This document shows, in pieces, positions 12,137 through 23,707 of a stretch of DNA of 64,000 nt. This DNA comes from Massalongia carnosa (lineage: Eukaryota): positions 1,550,001-1,614,000 of the forward strand of contig OZ287067.1 of the NCBI GenBank assembly GCA_965645245.1. Direction: 5' to 3'. Within the stretch, counting starts at the first letter, position 1; each line of letters starts with the position of its first letter. The translations under genes were made by a program, and so were the position numbers. The notes beneath the pieces were generated by a model. The model ran no database searches, had not been told where the DNA came from, and saw nothing but the letters and a program-made list of their open reading frames with translations.

Positions 12137-12657
12137 CACTTTCCAATGATTTGTCAAGTTCGAGCGATTCAGATATCCCTTGTCCTTCTCTTGAAATGCT
12201 TAGATCAATCCGTTATTCTCGACTGTCACACCCACTCGAAAACTTATCCCGTAGTATTACACCAGATCTAACTATTCCTGGGACGCTCGATTATTATCTT
12301 GCTTCGGTTCCTGCTACACCTCAAAGAATGATTCCTGAGCCAAATGGTCTAACGGACTCGACTCCATATGCTCCGCCTCTCTCATCTGCCAACAACAATA
12401 TTAATAATAGCGATGCGGATATTTTCTCATTTGAGCATCTACCATCTTCGAATCAAGGCAAAAGAAAAGAACCTATTCGACCAAAGGAATCGGTGGCGAA
12501 TGGTATTATTGAAGTGCCAGAAGTGTCTCAATCAGTATCGCCTATTAAGAAAAGAATTCGACGTGCAAAAAGAACATCAGTTTTGCATACCACAGCTGCA
12601 AGTTCACGTCCGCGAAGAGATAAATCTTTGCCAACGAAACTTGCAAGTAAAGAATGA
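12064..12657 (+). other. Open -1 frame inside the Tc1 element: S/P-rich with a basic C-terminus; transposase tail or cargo ORF
   Basis: Stop-free from 12064 to TGA 12655-12657. It overlaps the transposase 3' end across the A6 run at 12087-12092 and contains KKRIRRAKR. Confidence 0.45.
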
Positions 12658-12766
12658 TGAGTTGCGCTGTTATTTCTTCCAATTTGACCTCCACCACCCG
12701 ATGCGGCCTTTCCACCACCCGAAACAGGGCCTTCTTAATAAAACTCCTTTTCATCATGATTTCATA

Positions 12767-14676
12767 TATTCGTGCCCCACACTTTCGCTCGGTCGACTCG
12801 CTTAGTGCTAGCCAGCCATACAGCCAGGACCAGCCATACAGCCAAAATCTTCAAATTTCTACCCACCACCTTTGAAAAATTCATTATCCACCACCATCAT
12901 GCCTGAATCTTATACTATAATTGAAAATCGTATTGCAAAGGCCATTGACGCCTTAAACTCACGCAAAAACGCCAAACTCAGTGCAATTGCGCGAGAATTT
13001 AATGTACCTAGAGGAAGGCTTCGTTCTCGGGTCAAAGGGGTGTCATCTAAAACGAAAGTACGAGGACTGCATAATAGACGTCTAAAACCCGATCAGGAGT
13101 TGGCCCTACGTCTATATCTTTTGAAACTGGATTCTTTGGACATTCCGGCTCGTCTGCATATGGTGGAAGTGGCTGCATACTCCATTCTTCGTCAAACGGC
13201 TTCCGATTCGACGCCTCCTCCTCCTCTCGGCTCGCATTGGATCAAAAGATGGCTAAAACGTCAGTCAGATCTTTACAAGGTTAAACGTAAGCCTCTAGCT
13301 GCTGAGCGCAAAAATGCGCATGATTTGGAGTTATTGATGGGGCATTTTGAAAAATATCAAGAAGTAGTGAACAAGTATGGAATAAATCCGAAGGATCAGT
13401 GGAATTTTGATGAAACTGGGTTTCGTATTGGTATGGCACGAAGTGATTGGATAATCACAGCAGATTCTTCTCGACAATCATACAGTTCCGATCCATCAAA
13501 TCGAGAATCGCTGACAGCGGTGGAGTGTATCAACGGGGCTGGTCAGGACATTCCCCCTTTTTTAATTGTGTCTGGCATCAACATCCTCGCTCCCTGGGTC
13601 AAAAACGATCTGAGCAATGATGTAGTCATTTCTACAGCTGAATCAGGCTGTACAAATGACTGGTTGAGTTTGCAATGGATCAAGCATTTCGACAAACACA
13701 CTGAAAAAATAAGAGAGGGGGCTTGGAGACTTTTGATAATGGACGGTTATGGATCTCATCATACTCGAGAATTTCTAGAATATTGTGAAACGAAAAACAT
13801 CATTCCATTCGGATTACCATCTCACACCACACATCTCTTACAACCATTGGATGTGTGTGTTTTTCAACCTCTGAAACACTGGCATTCGGAGGCCGTCAAT
13901 GAAGCAATTCAGAATGGAGATCAAACCTTTTCCAAAGTCGAATTTCTGAATGCATTTAGCAAGTTTCGATCGCTGGCTTTTAAACCTTCCACCATACAGT
14001 CTGCTTGGAGAAAAACAGGCTTGATTCCGTTCAATCCAGGCATTGTTCTCGACAAAGTTCGAGAACTTCTTCCTCCCCCTCCTCGTGAGTCAACTCCGTC
14101 TCATACAGCCCCCCTATCTGTACAAGAAACCCCTCGAACCGTGCGACAGTTGGCCACAGTAGCCACAGAAATCATGACGCATTCAGCTTGCTCGGATGAC
14201 CTCGTACAAATTGTTAGCAAATTTGTAAAGGGAGCTGTTGCCGAGGTTCGAAAAGGCGATCTTCTGGAACAACGCTGGGAACAATAAATCAAGGCCCAAA
14301 CTGCTCGGAAAGCTCGTAAACGAGAGGCCAATAAGATTCTTCATCACGGAGGCGTACTTACTGTTGGTGAGGCCCGTTCAATGGTTCGTGGTAGGGAGGA
14401 GCAGGAGGAGATAAGGGAGAAAGAGCGAAACGTCGCATGGGAAAAGCGTTATTGTACGGCTCTTACCAAAGTGGTTAGGCAGTCAAAAGCGCATAGAAAG
14501 ATGCTTATGACTAGAAGCATGAATAGTCACAAAAGATGGATGATGATCATGAAGGAATTGCTGAAAAAAACCTCGATGTATGTAGGATAGTTGATTTTTG
14601 GCTGTATGGCTGGTCCTGGCTGTATGGCTGGCTAGCACTAAGCGAGTCGACCGAGCGAAAGTGTGGGGCACGAATA
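12767..14676 (+). mobile_element. pogo/Fot1-family DNA transposon nested in the Tc1 element
   Basis: Perfect 81-bp TIRs (12767-12847 and 14596-14676) with the internal direct repeat CAGCCATACAGCCA. Flanked by TA; the boundary is ambiguous by 2 bp because both ends sit in TATA. Confidence 0.95.
12899..14590 (+). pseudogene. pogo/Fot1 transposase (HTH-psq, CENP-B HTH, DDE_1) with one premature stop
   Basis: AIAREFNVPRGRLRSR, WNFDETGF, LLIMDGYGSH and PSHTTHLLQPLDVCVFQPLK. A single in-frame TAA at 14285-14287, after which the same frame continues (GGVLTVGEAR) to TAG ending at 14590. Confidence 0.92.
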
Positions 14677-15280
14677 TAACCTATTACTTTTCGTAATCTT
14701 TTCTGACTATTGTATGTATAATAACGTACCTCTTATCAGTTTTATGCTAGATATTATCTGTACACAAGTTCTTCTGAATCCTCGTGATTATCTAATAAGG
14801 CAAGATTTAAATAGTACGAATAGACATCATGAGGATACCATTTAGAAGTAGGATTTACTACATGTAATATATTCTCACGCTAAAAATGACTAACACGTAT
14901 TAAAACAGCTAGCTCTAGTGCTAAACTTTAGCGTGTCCGATTACTTTTGACTCAGACCTCCGTACGTACCTACTCTATACTCTGTACCGAATCAACACGA
15001 CCGCCTGCGAAGTATACACCAGAGGTATATACGGCTGATCTAATTATGCCTGAACATCTTTAAAGAAAACTCTTTGTGAAATAGTATCGACTTCATCGTA
15101 TGGTTTTCATTGCTGTGGAGTACGCACACTCAAGTTCTTCCCTAATTCTCTCTCAACAGATCGATCTTAGCTGCCTCATTGCTTCGCGTTTCTGGCCTCG
15201 GCACCGATAATCTTTAGGTCAGGAAAAATTAACGTCTATCTTCAAGAAAGCCATTACGGTGATTCTCTACCAGGCGCATT

Positions 15281-16729
15281 ATGGGAGGTTCAGTACCCGA
15301 AATCCCTGGGGTTAAGGCGGAAGGAGACCTTTTAATGTCATTCCGCCGGGAGGTGGCGGAAATGCTTGGCCGATCTTCAATAGGCTTCCCAGGCGCCCAG
15401 CCAGTTAGTTTCGCCGCTCGGCATAAGCTGGAGCTACAGAAGCAAGACTACTACGTGTGTGAGAAATCAGATGGGATACGCTGCCTAATGTACCTAACCG
15501 GCGATGGCCCAGAAGAGATCACCTATCTGATCGACCGGAAGAATGATTATTATCACGTAAAATCATTGCATTTCCCTATCTCGAGTGATCAGGAACTGGA
15601 ATTTCACATGAGAACGCTTGTCGATGGAGAGCTAGTAAACGATACAATGCCAAACGGAACCACTCAGCTTAAGTACCTGGTGTTTGACTGCTTGGTTTTG
15701 GATGGCAGCAGCCTGATGCACCGCACTTTGGACAAGCGCTTAGCATACTTCAGAGATAAGGTGTACAATCCATATCGAGCGCTCTATAAGAAGTATCCCG
15801 AGGAGATTCAGTATCTTCCTTTCATCGTCGAATACAAAAAAATGGAATTCAGCTATGGGATCGAGATGATGTTCCGCGAGGTTCTGCCGAATTTACCGCA
15901 TGGCAACGATGGCTTGATATTTACCTGCAGAAACTCGCCATATCAGTTTGGCACAGACCAACACATCCTGAAATGGAAATCCGAAGACGAGAACTCTATC
16001 GACTTCCGGTTGATGTTTGAGTGGCCCATAGTGACTCCGGAGGATCCAGGCTTTGACGATGATGGGAGCGGGACTTTGTATCCCGACTACGATGCCATGC
16101 CCGTATTCCGCCTTGCTGTGTATCGCACAGACGGCAAGGATGATCGTTATGGCACCATGTCCGTCGAGGAATGGGATTGGACGAAAATGAAAGCTTTAGG
16201 CGAGCCCCTTGATGAGCGGATCGTTGAATGTTATCTGGATGCGCAGAACAGATGGAGGTTTCTACGCTTCCGGGACGATAAGACGCAAGCGAATCACATC
16301 AGTACTGTTGAAAGCGTTATGGAAAGCATACAAGATAAGGTATCGAAGGACGATCTCATTGGCCTCGCGAAGAGTATTAGAGATGAATGGAAGAAGCGAC
16401 AGAGTATGGAAAGTGCGAAAGCAAAGCAAGAGCTCGATGCACGGAGAGTATTGAGCGCACAGGATGCCACCAATAGTCCAAGTGGCGTGATTCACATTGG
16501 GATCAAGAGGAAAGCCGAAGATGATGAGGATTCTGTAGGCGAACACAATGCAACGAAGAGGAAGTTATCTCCTTATGGTTCGCGAAAACTTCTCCATCCT
16601 CACAACACCACCGATGGCGCGTCACAAAATGGTGACTTGAACGTAAAACGGAAGCTGGAAGATGACGAGGACTCCCTGAGCGAGCACAACGCTACGACGA
16701 GGAAAATGTCTCCTCAATCTGATTCATAG
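15281..16729 (+). CDS. CEG1: mRNA capping enzyme, guanylyltransferase subunit
   Basis: FPGAQPVSF, active-site KSDG, LVDGELV, DGLIF, ILKWK and WRFLRFRDDK motifs in a single 482-aa ORF. Confidence 0.96.
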   Translation: MGGSVPEIPGVKAEGDLLMSFRREVAEMLGRSSIGFPGAQPVSFAARHKLELQKQDYYVCEKSDGIRCLMYLTGDGPEEITYLIDRKNDYYHVKSLHFPISSDQELEFHMRTLVDGELVNDTMPNGTTQLKYLVFDCLVLDGSSLMHRTLDKRLAYFRDKVYNPYRALYKKYPEEIQYLPFIVEYKKMEFSYGIEMMFREVLPNLPHGNDGLIFTCRNSPYQFGTDQHILKWKSEDENSIDFRLMFEWPIVTPEDPGFDDDGSGTLYPDYDAMPVFRLAVYRTDGKDDRYGTMSVEEWDWTKMKALGEPLDERIVECYLDAQNRWRFLRFRDDKTQANHISTVESVMESIQDKVSKDDLIGLAKSIRDEWKKRQSMESAKAKQELDARRVLSAQDATNSPSGVIHIGIKRKAEDDEDSVGEHNATKRKLSPYGSRKLLHPHNTTDGASQNGDLNVKRKLEDDEDSLSEHNATTRKMSPQSDS

Positions 16730-17609
16730 CTTTGGCTTTGTTGGGTTCTTTCGGGCAAATCTTCGGAACGGGCCTTGTATGTTCAGACCGAAGGGATAAT
16801 CTGGTTACTGTCCCCGTAGGAGATAGTATTTGACCTTTGGTCGATTAGACGTTTCATGTCCAATGCATCGCTCTACTTCTTGCCATCTATTCGAAAATCC
16901 GCTGAGGGCCTAGCGCACCCTGGGTTCTTTCGCTCAGCAACCTCGTTCTGTTCCTATTGCTGAAACTGCAATGAAGCGGATGGGACTTGCTTTAAAGATG
17001 GGAACCAAAAATACGCTTTCACATTTTTAGATGCAGCTTGCTGTCGCCCTAGCCAGAGATAAAGAAAGGCCCCAAGTTTTGGTTATACCAATCTAGAGAA
17101 GTATCAGTCAGGATCCCAACTTAATTTCATGTGATAGCTTCACAAAGAGAGACTGCGGGTAATGAAGGATCTCTATCGCTTCCCGGTCAGCATTGAACCT
17201 GGTTTAGGTGGAGTTTCATTCGTTCTCTGTATGGAGCAATAGGGTCTTTCGGCAGCGCATGAGGAAGCTATCAGAGTGTCTTTCAATCATCATACAGTGT
17301 GGAGTTTAATAAGACTCTGGTACGGGTTTCCGGCTCTTATCTGGAGCCTTGGCCTAATGCCTCTGCAAGACGCAATCCACTTTATTTTAGGCGAGAACCT
17401 CACGACAAGAGAGAATCTATGGACCTACGACCTTCTTGGGCCACTGCACTGCGATACGCATACTGGGACATTGTGTAGACCGGCGGTTTCCGCTGCACCG
17501 GAAAAGCCTTCAAAAGTTATAGCTTTTGTCCGGAACTTTCGATAGTCCTTCCAACTTTCGCCTCAGCATTCACCTGTGCTTTCATGGCACTCAAATACCT
17601 ACCGAGCCA

Positions 17610-18450
17610 ATGGGCGGCTAGTCTCACCCTTACTGGACCGTTACCAGCGCAGTTTGCTCTCCTGCACCACCATAGGGAGGCGATACCTCCACGATACCTA
17701 CGCCGACCACATTAAGACTTTCCAGGCCCTTCAGAATCGGTCACCTCTATATTCGTTCATCCAATAAGTCCAGGAGCGTCTATGCCAGGTCACTGATTCG
17801 TACCGATGGTACAATAGCTTGTGATGGGGTTTAGAAGGTATTTTATATATCACTTAGAGATCGAGGCTCGGAATATAGGTCACTAAACTTAATTTAGCAT
17901 ATCGGTGCTAAGGCTCAGATACATCAGAACCTTGGTGCCAATCCTTTCGAGGACGGCGTTAATGTTTCCAAGGTACCAATATCATCGATATCGTCTACTT
18001 AGGTACGTAAATCCCCTCACGATTATCATCCTCATACTCGGCTCATCCCGAAAGGCGGGTATGCAAGCTCGCATTCACGAGGACTGGTTAAGGATGAGTC
18101 CTTCCTTTGACGCCACCTAGAATGTGCTTCTGTGATTGAATTCACCTCAAACCCAATTATATGCCAAGATTATCTGATTGGATTTCTGGGGTCCTGGTGT
18201 GCGTCAAAGTGTAGCACTGCTGCCGGTCCGCCGTAGATTTTGTCCAAGGCACGAAGAGCAGGCTAGGCAATACTGTGCTTCCCCACCTAGGGCGAGCGGT
18301 CTGGGTTCGGGGACTGTAGTCTGCTTCGATGCCGGCTTGCCGGGACCAAGCTTCTTGAAGGCTTTGTTAATTTGGCAAAGCGGGAGCACATTATCACAAG
18401 AGATTACGGGGTTATTTTGGAAGATCAAATTGCTAGCGATTACGAGTTTT
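17610..18450 (-). pseudogene. Agmatinase/ureohydrolase (arginase family) pseudogene
   Basis: Minus-strand fragments in the expected order: DNVLPLCQINKAFKKLG..PLALGG/HSIA*PALRALDKIYGGPAAVLHFDAHQD; FNHRSTF*VASKEGLI; YEDD..DDIDDIGT; AVLERIGTKVLMYLSLSTDML; PGIDAP..G*T..ILKGLESLNVVGVGIVEVSPPYGGAGEQTAL. Many stops and frameshifts. Confidence 0.85.
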
Positions 18451-18832
18451 AAGGGATGGAGGTTGATAGTTTGATTATGACAGTTAAACCTGCTATAACA
18501 ATTATCCGGGTCTAGCGATCTGTTTTCGTGGATTTGATTTCGTTTATTAGTCAGATTTAACGATGGTATCAATACCATTCTATCATTACAACTGATGCTT
18601 GTAATTTTCTAAGTAGCGTCATGCGCTAATTTAGTACAGAATAAAAATACCATATCCTGGAAATAACGCGCCGAGAAAGTCCAAATGTCGAAGTCGTTCC
18701 ATGCATCTCGTGTCTTCCAACAACATCGTAGATGGGAATGATAAGTTTTCCTTTTCAAATATCTAGAGAAACCAGTATGTGATCTACGCGTTCGGCCAAT
18801 CTCAAAATCCGCGCTATATGCATGAACTCAAA

Positions 18833-21800
18833 ATGCCAACCAGAACCGCACTTTCAAAAGCCACTCCCGTGGTCGTGGCAGAGGAAGCCGATGATCTGAT
18901 GACGCCAGGCCTGCAGTTTAATGAAGCCCTCTCATGGCGGGCAGGAAAACCGATCCCTATAGCAGATCTTCTGCGCAGACTTCAGATCCTGTTCAAAGAA
19001 ATGCGGGGCATGGACCAGGAGGAGAATGAGCGGGATTCATTTACGAAAGTCGCAAAAGAGCTAGCAAGTCCAAATCTGCTCAGCCACAAGGACAAGGGCG
19101 TCAAAGCGTGGACAGCCTGCTGTTTGGTAGAGATTCTTAGACTATGCGCCCCAGATGCCCCGTACACGGGGCAACAATTGAAGGTGCGTGGGGGCGGTCA
19201 GGGGCGATATATGGCAAATCAGAAACTAAGGGGCTTATAGGACATTTTCACCATGCTTATACGAATGGTTCTTCCAGCGTTGTCCGACCCATCGAATGCA
19301 TACAACAATCAGCATTTGCATGTTCTGGAATCTTTGGCGCAAGTCAAGAGCATCGTCCTCCTAACCGATATACCTTCTTCTGAAGAACTAACGCAACATC
19401 TCTTCACCTCATTCTTCGATATATTAAGCGGTTCTTCCAAGGCCTCGACAGGAGAACAACTGGGAAAGAATGTAGAACTTCATATGACTTCGATCTTGGG
19501 GATCATGGTGGACGAGTCAGCAGCTTTATCGACAGAGGTCATTGATGTGATAGTAGCACAGTTTCTACGAACGGATCCACGTGCCTCCAGTGGAGGTCCT
19601 GGGAAGAGTAAGAAGAACGGTGTCCAACCAGCCTTCGAAGGCAAACAAACTAAATTAGTATTCAAAGACCTGCCCCCGGCGTACAACATGGCAAAAACGA
19701 TATGCAACACTTGTCCAGAAAAGATGGCACGGCATATCAGTCAATATTTCAATGATGTGATTATGGACGCTGCGAGTTCTTCGTCTGCTAAACAGGGCAA
19801 TAAGAATCGCTCCCACCGAAGGAGCAGCGATAACATGGACGACTCGGATGACGAGCCTAATGGGCCTACTGAAGAAGACCTTAAAGAACTTCATAAGGCC
19901 CACCAGTTGCTTCGAGAGCTTTGGAGAGCGAGTCCTGCAGTATTACAAAACGTAATACCGCAGTTGGAAGCAGAACTCTCGGCGGAAAATGTTCAATTGC
20001 GACTGATAGCAACCGAAACCTTGGGTGATATCATTTCTGGCATAGGATCCGCAGGACCTCCTCCACCACCCACCATGGATGCAGCTGCATATCCCACCCT
20101 GAGTCTCTCGAACCCGGTCGACCCCAAAATATCTCAAAACCTTTCAACAAAACCATCGTCATTAATGTCTTTCCCACAAGCCCATCCTCAGGCATATTCT
20201 AGTTTCCTCCGTCGCAAAAAGGATAAGTCTCCCTTGATTCGAGTGGCATGGACGACTGAAATCGGACGAATCCTAACTACTTCCGCGGGTGGTGTCGGCT
20301 TAAGCCAGAGCGAAGAGCGAACTCTAGTTGAGGACCTTGCACATATGATGGTGGACGCGGACGAAAAGGTGCGAGTTGCGGCCATAAAGGTTGTCGGAAA
20401 TTTTAGCCTTAAAGACGTCATTGACAAGCTAGGCTCGTCGGGCGGCGTCACTACTTCCGATTCAGTGCTTGGGACCCTCGGGGACCGAGTACGTGATAAG
20501 AAGCATACCGTGCATGTTGAAGCGATGAGGGTCCTGAGTTGCATATGGGGTGTGGCTGCAGGAGAGATTGCGGCCGGAGAGGAAAAGGTCATTGCATGTA
20601 TCGGAGCAGTCCCTTCAAGGATTTTGGATGCATATTACGCCAATGACATGGATATCAATGCATCGCTGGATCATGCTATCTTTGAACAACTCTTGCCTAT
20701 GAACTTCCCTCCCGTGAAACTCAAAGCCACCAAGAACGTCAATGGCAATTCTCAGCTAGTGAGAGACAGCCAGACCAATGGAGAAATCGAGGCTGAGAGC
20801 CTGGACCCGGACAAAATCAGAACAGAGAGAATTCTAATTCTTGTCAAAAACTTAGATGAGAGGGCTAAAAAGGTCTTCTATGCAATTCAATCCCGACAGC
20901 TCGTGCTTGCTAAAATCATGACGGCATATTTACAGCGATGCGAGGATTTCAATGTAGGAGCATCGTTAGGCGACAATACTCAAATGCAGTGTGCTAACAA
21001 TAGATTCAGGCAGGCACCATGGATGATAATGAGAAGCAGATCAAAGACCATTTGACACGGCTCATAGACGAGTTCGGCAAACTTCTCCCAGATCCTGTGA
21101 AGACAAAAGCCGATCTCTGGAAGTTTGCGAGGCTGCACGATCGTCGCGCTTACCAGTTAATTCGCTTTTGTATGGGCCCGGAGAGCGAGTTTCGGACCGT
21201 ATTGAGGGCTATGGTGAGTTTTCATCGTACCCTTGGCTGTGAAAGCACAAATTAATTGGTCGACGCAGAAAGAGTTCACCAAGCGTATCGAAGGATCTGC
21301 TCCCGCAGTGCTCGATACGTTAACTCCGCTACTATACCGTGTAGGCGTCATTATCTACAACAAAAGCCATGTTCCTGCCATTATGGAATATTCAAAAAGC
21401 GATGAAAAGTCGCTGGCTGCCACTGCTCACGAAGTCCTACGAGAAATATCATCTCGAACGCCAGAGGTCTTGAAGGCACATGTCCAGGAGATATGTAGAA
21501 CCCTCGAAGAGGAAGCGCCGACTTTAAAGCAAGGAAACGGCCTCGGCGCAGTGGACGACCTAAAGGCATGCGCGTTATTCGCGCCCAAGTTTGCCAAGGA
21601 AATTCCGCGTGACCGGAAGTTCGTCCAAGCCATGACGAATTTTGCTCTAATGGGGACGCCCCCAGAAGCAGCCAAGCATGCTATTACTATCATCATGACC
21701 ACATCAGACAAAAAGCAGATGCTAGCTAAAGATCTGGTTCGCAAGTGTGTAAAAGATTTCCAATTCGGCACAGCTGGTTTCCTTTCTCGGCTTGCCACCC

Positions 21801-23707
21801 TATCGCAGTTAATGCTTCTAGCACCCAATGAGGTGGACGAGGAAAGCGATACCATCATCGATATAGCGATTGAGCGTGTTCTCCTAAAAGTCCGTACAAC
21901 ATCGACTGAAGCCTCGACCTTGTTGGGTTGGTCCGATAACATGGACGAGGAATGCGAGGCGAAATGCTGGGCTTTGAAAATCCTGGTTAATCGCATCCGC
22001 TCTCACCCCACGCTAGAAACCCTTTCAGACCACGCCACTCCAGTTTACAAACTCCTTTCAACTCTCTTAACCAAAGAAGGTGAAGTCGCCAACGAGAAAA
22101 ACACCCCAGACGCCCACAAATCTCGTCTGCGCCTGCTCGCTGCTCGCCTGTACCTTAAGCTTTGCACCAAGAAGCCTCATGATGCTTTGCTAACCCCGCT
22201 TGGTTTCAACAATCTGGCTCTTGTTGCTCAGGACGGCCAACTTCCGGTTCGCCGCGGGTTTATGCAGCGTCTTAAGAAATACCTAGGTCAGCAAAGATTA
22301 CCCCAACGATTCTATACCATCCCCTTCCTCATCGCCTTCGAGCCAAACGACGAGCTGAGATCGGAAACTACAACCTGGATCCGCAGTAGAGCGACTTTTT
22401 TCTCCAATCTCAAATCCCAATCGTCAAGTCTTCCCAACAGCGGAAAAGCAGCCATCGTAATGGAATCCGTGTTCGCCCGCTTAATCTCTCTTCTCGCTCA
22501 CCATCCGGACTACGGTGATAACCCTGAGGACCTAATAGATTTTAGCCGCTTCCTAATCTTATACCTCCAAAACGTCGCCACGGAAGAAAATATTTCGCTA
22601 ATTTACCACATAGCCCAACGCGTCAAGCAATGTCGCGACGCCGTCGTTCCTCGCGCATCGGTCGGCGAACCCTCCCCGTTTGACAACATTCTCTACCACC
22701 TCAGCGATCTCGCCCAGTTCACCATTCACAGATTCGAAGACGCTCACTCCTGGAACATCCAGACTCTGCCCGCTAAGATTCGCTTGCCCACTTCTCTCTT
22801 CGCCGAACTTACTTCCCACGACGAGGCACAGCAGATTGCAGAACGTAATTACCTTCCCGAGGACGTAGAAGCGAGCGTCGAAGCGCTCGTGCGCGCGAGC
22901 CTACGGAGCGGACGAGGCAGAAAGCGGAAAAGCGAAGGGGCGGACGTGCATGGTGAAGGGCGGGAGCACAAAAAAGTAAAAGGGCTACCAATAGGAAAGG
23001 CAGAGACGGGGGCCGCTAAAGAGAAGAAACCCCACGCCAAGGCCTCCGGGACGCCGGCGGTGGTGAAAACGCCGAAGAAGAAGCAGTCGACGCACGGGGG
23101 TAGTGGAAAAGCGAAGGCAGAGAAAGGGGAGGCGTCGAGCGAGCGGCGACGAAGCGACCGAGTGAAGTCAACGGAGGAAAAGAGTTATATCGAACGCGAC
23201 GATGACGAAGATGACGAGGAGATGGAGGTTTTGTCGTGGGAGTATATAAACGAGCAGCCGCGTGTGGAGGAAGAAGAAGAGGATGGGAGGGAGCTAGATG
23301 GCGTTGAGGAAGACGACGGAGACATTGAAGCCCACGAGGAGGATGAAGAAGTTGTGGAGCAAGATTCCGACGATATGCAAGAAGCGCCAACCGAGTCCCT
23401 AGCCCAACGCCCGGAACCGGCAAAAGGCCGGTTAAAAGGCCGAAAAACTCCCACCCCCAGGAAACCAGCCGAGGCCGCGAAACCCATCACCAGCAGCGCT
23501 ACGAAAGCCAAAGCGAAGCAAAAGCCCGCAACACGAACACCCCCAATGGTAACGGCGACGGCGGCGGCGACAAGGAATATGAGAGCCGGGGTCGGGGCGA
23601 AGGGGCGAGGTGCTGTTGTCATTGCAGAGGAGAAGACGCAGGAAATCAGAGAGAAGGACGAGGATGATGAGGACATCTCAGACCCGCTTTCCGAAGAGGA
23701 AGACTGA
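18833..23707 (+). CDS. PDS5: Sister chromatid cohesion protein Pds5 (BimD/Spo76)
   Basis: LLSHKDKGVKAWTACCLVEILRLCAPDAPY, HEAT repeats, RLISLLAHHPD and an acidic/basic tail. Introns at ~19184-19240, 20954-21009 and 21214-21268. Confidence 0.95.

Larger units (their letters stand above)
10564..14962 (+). mobile_element. Tc1-family (DD34E) DNA transposon interrupted by a nested pogo element
   Basis: Imperfect TIRs of about 95 bp (10564-10657 and 14868-14962) starting CGGAGGTCTGAGTCAAAA, with about 9 differences. TA target duplications at 10562-10563 and 14963-14964. Confidence 0.95.

Noticed and set aside
19480..23676. Antisense ORFs over PDS5 (likewise over SNF5, RCO1, MRN1 and JSN1)
   Set aside because: These are shadow frames of long coding exons with no independent evidence.
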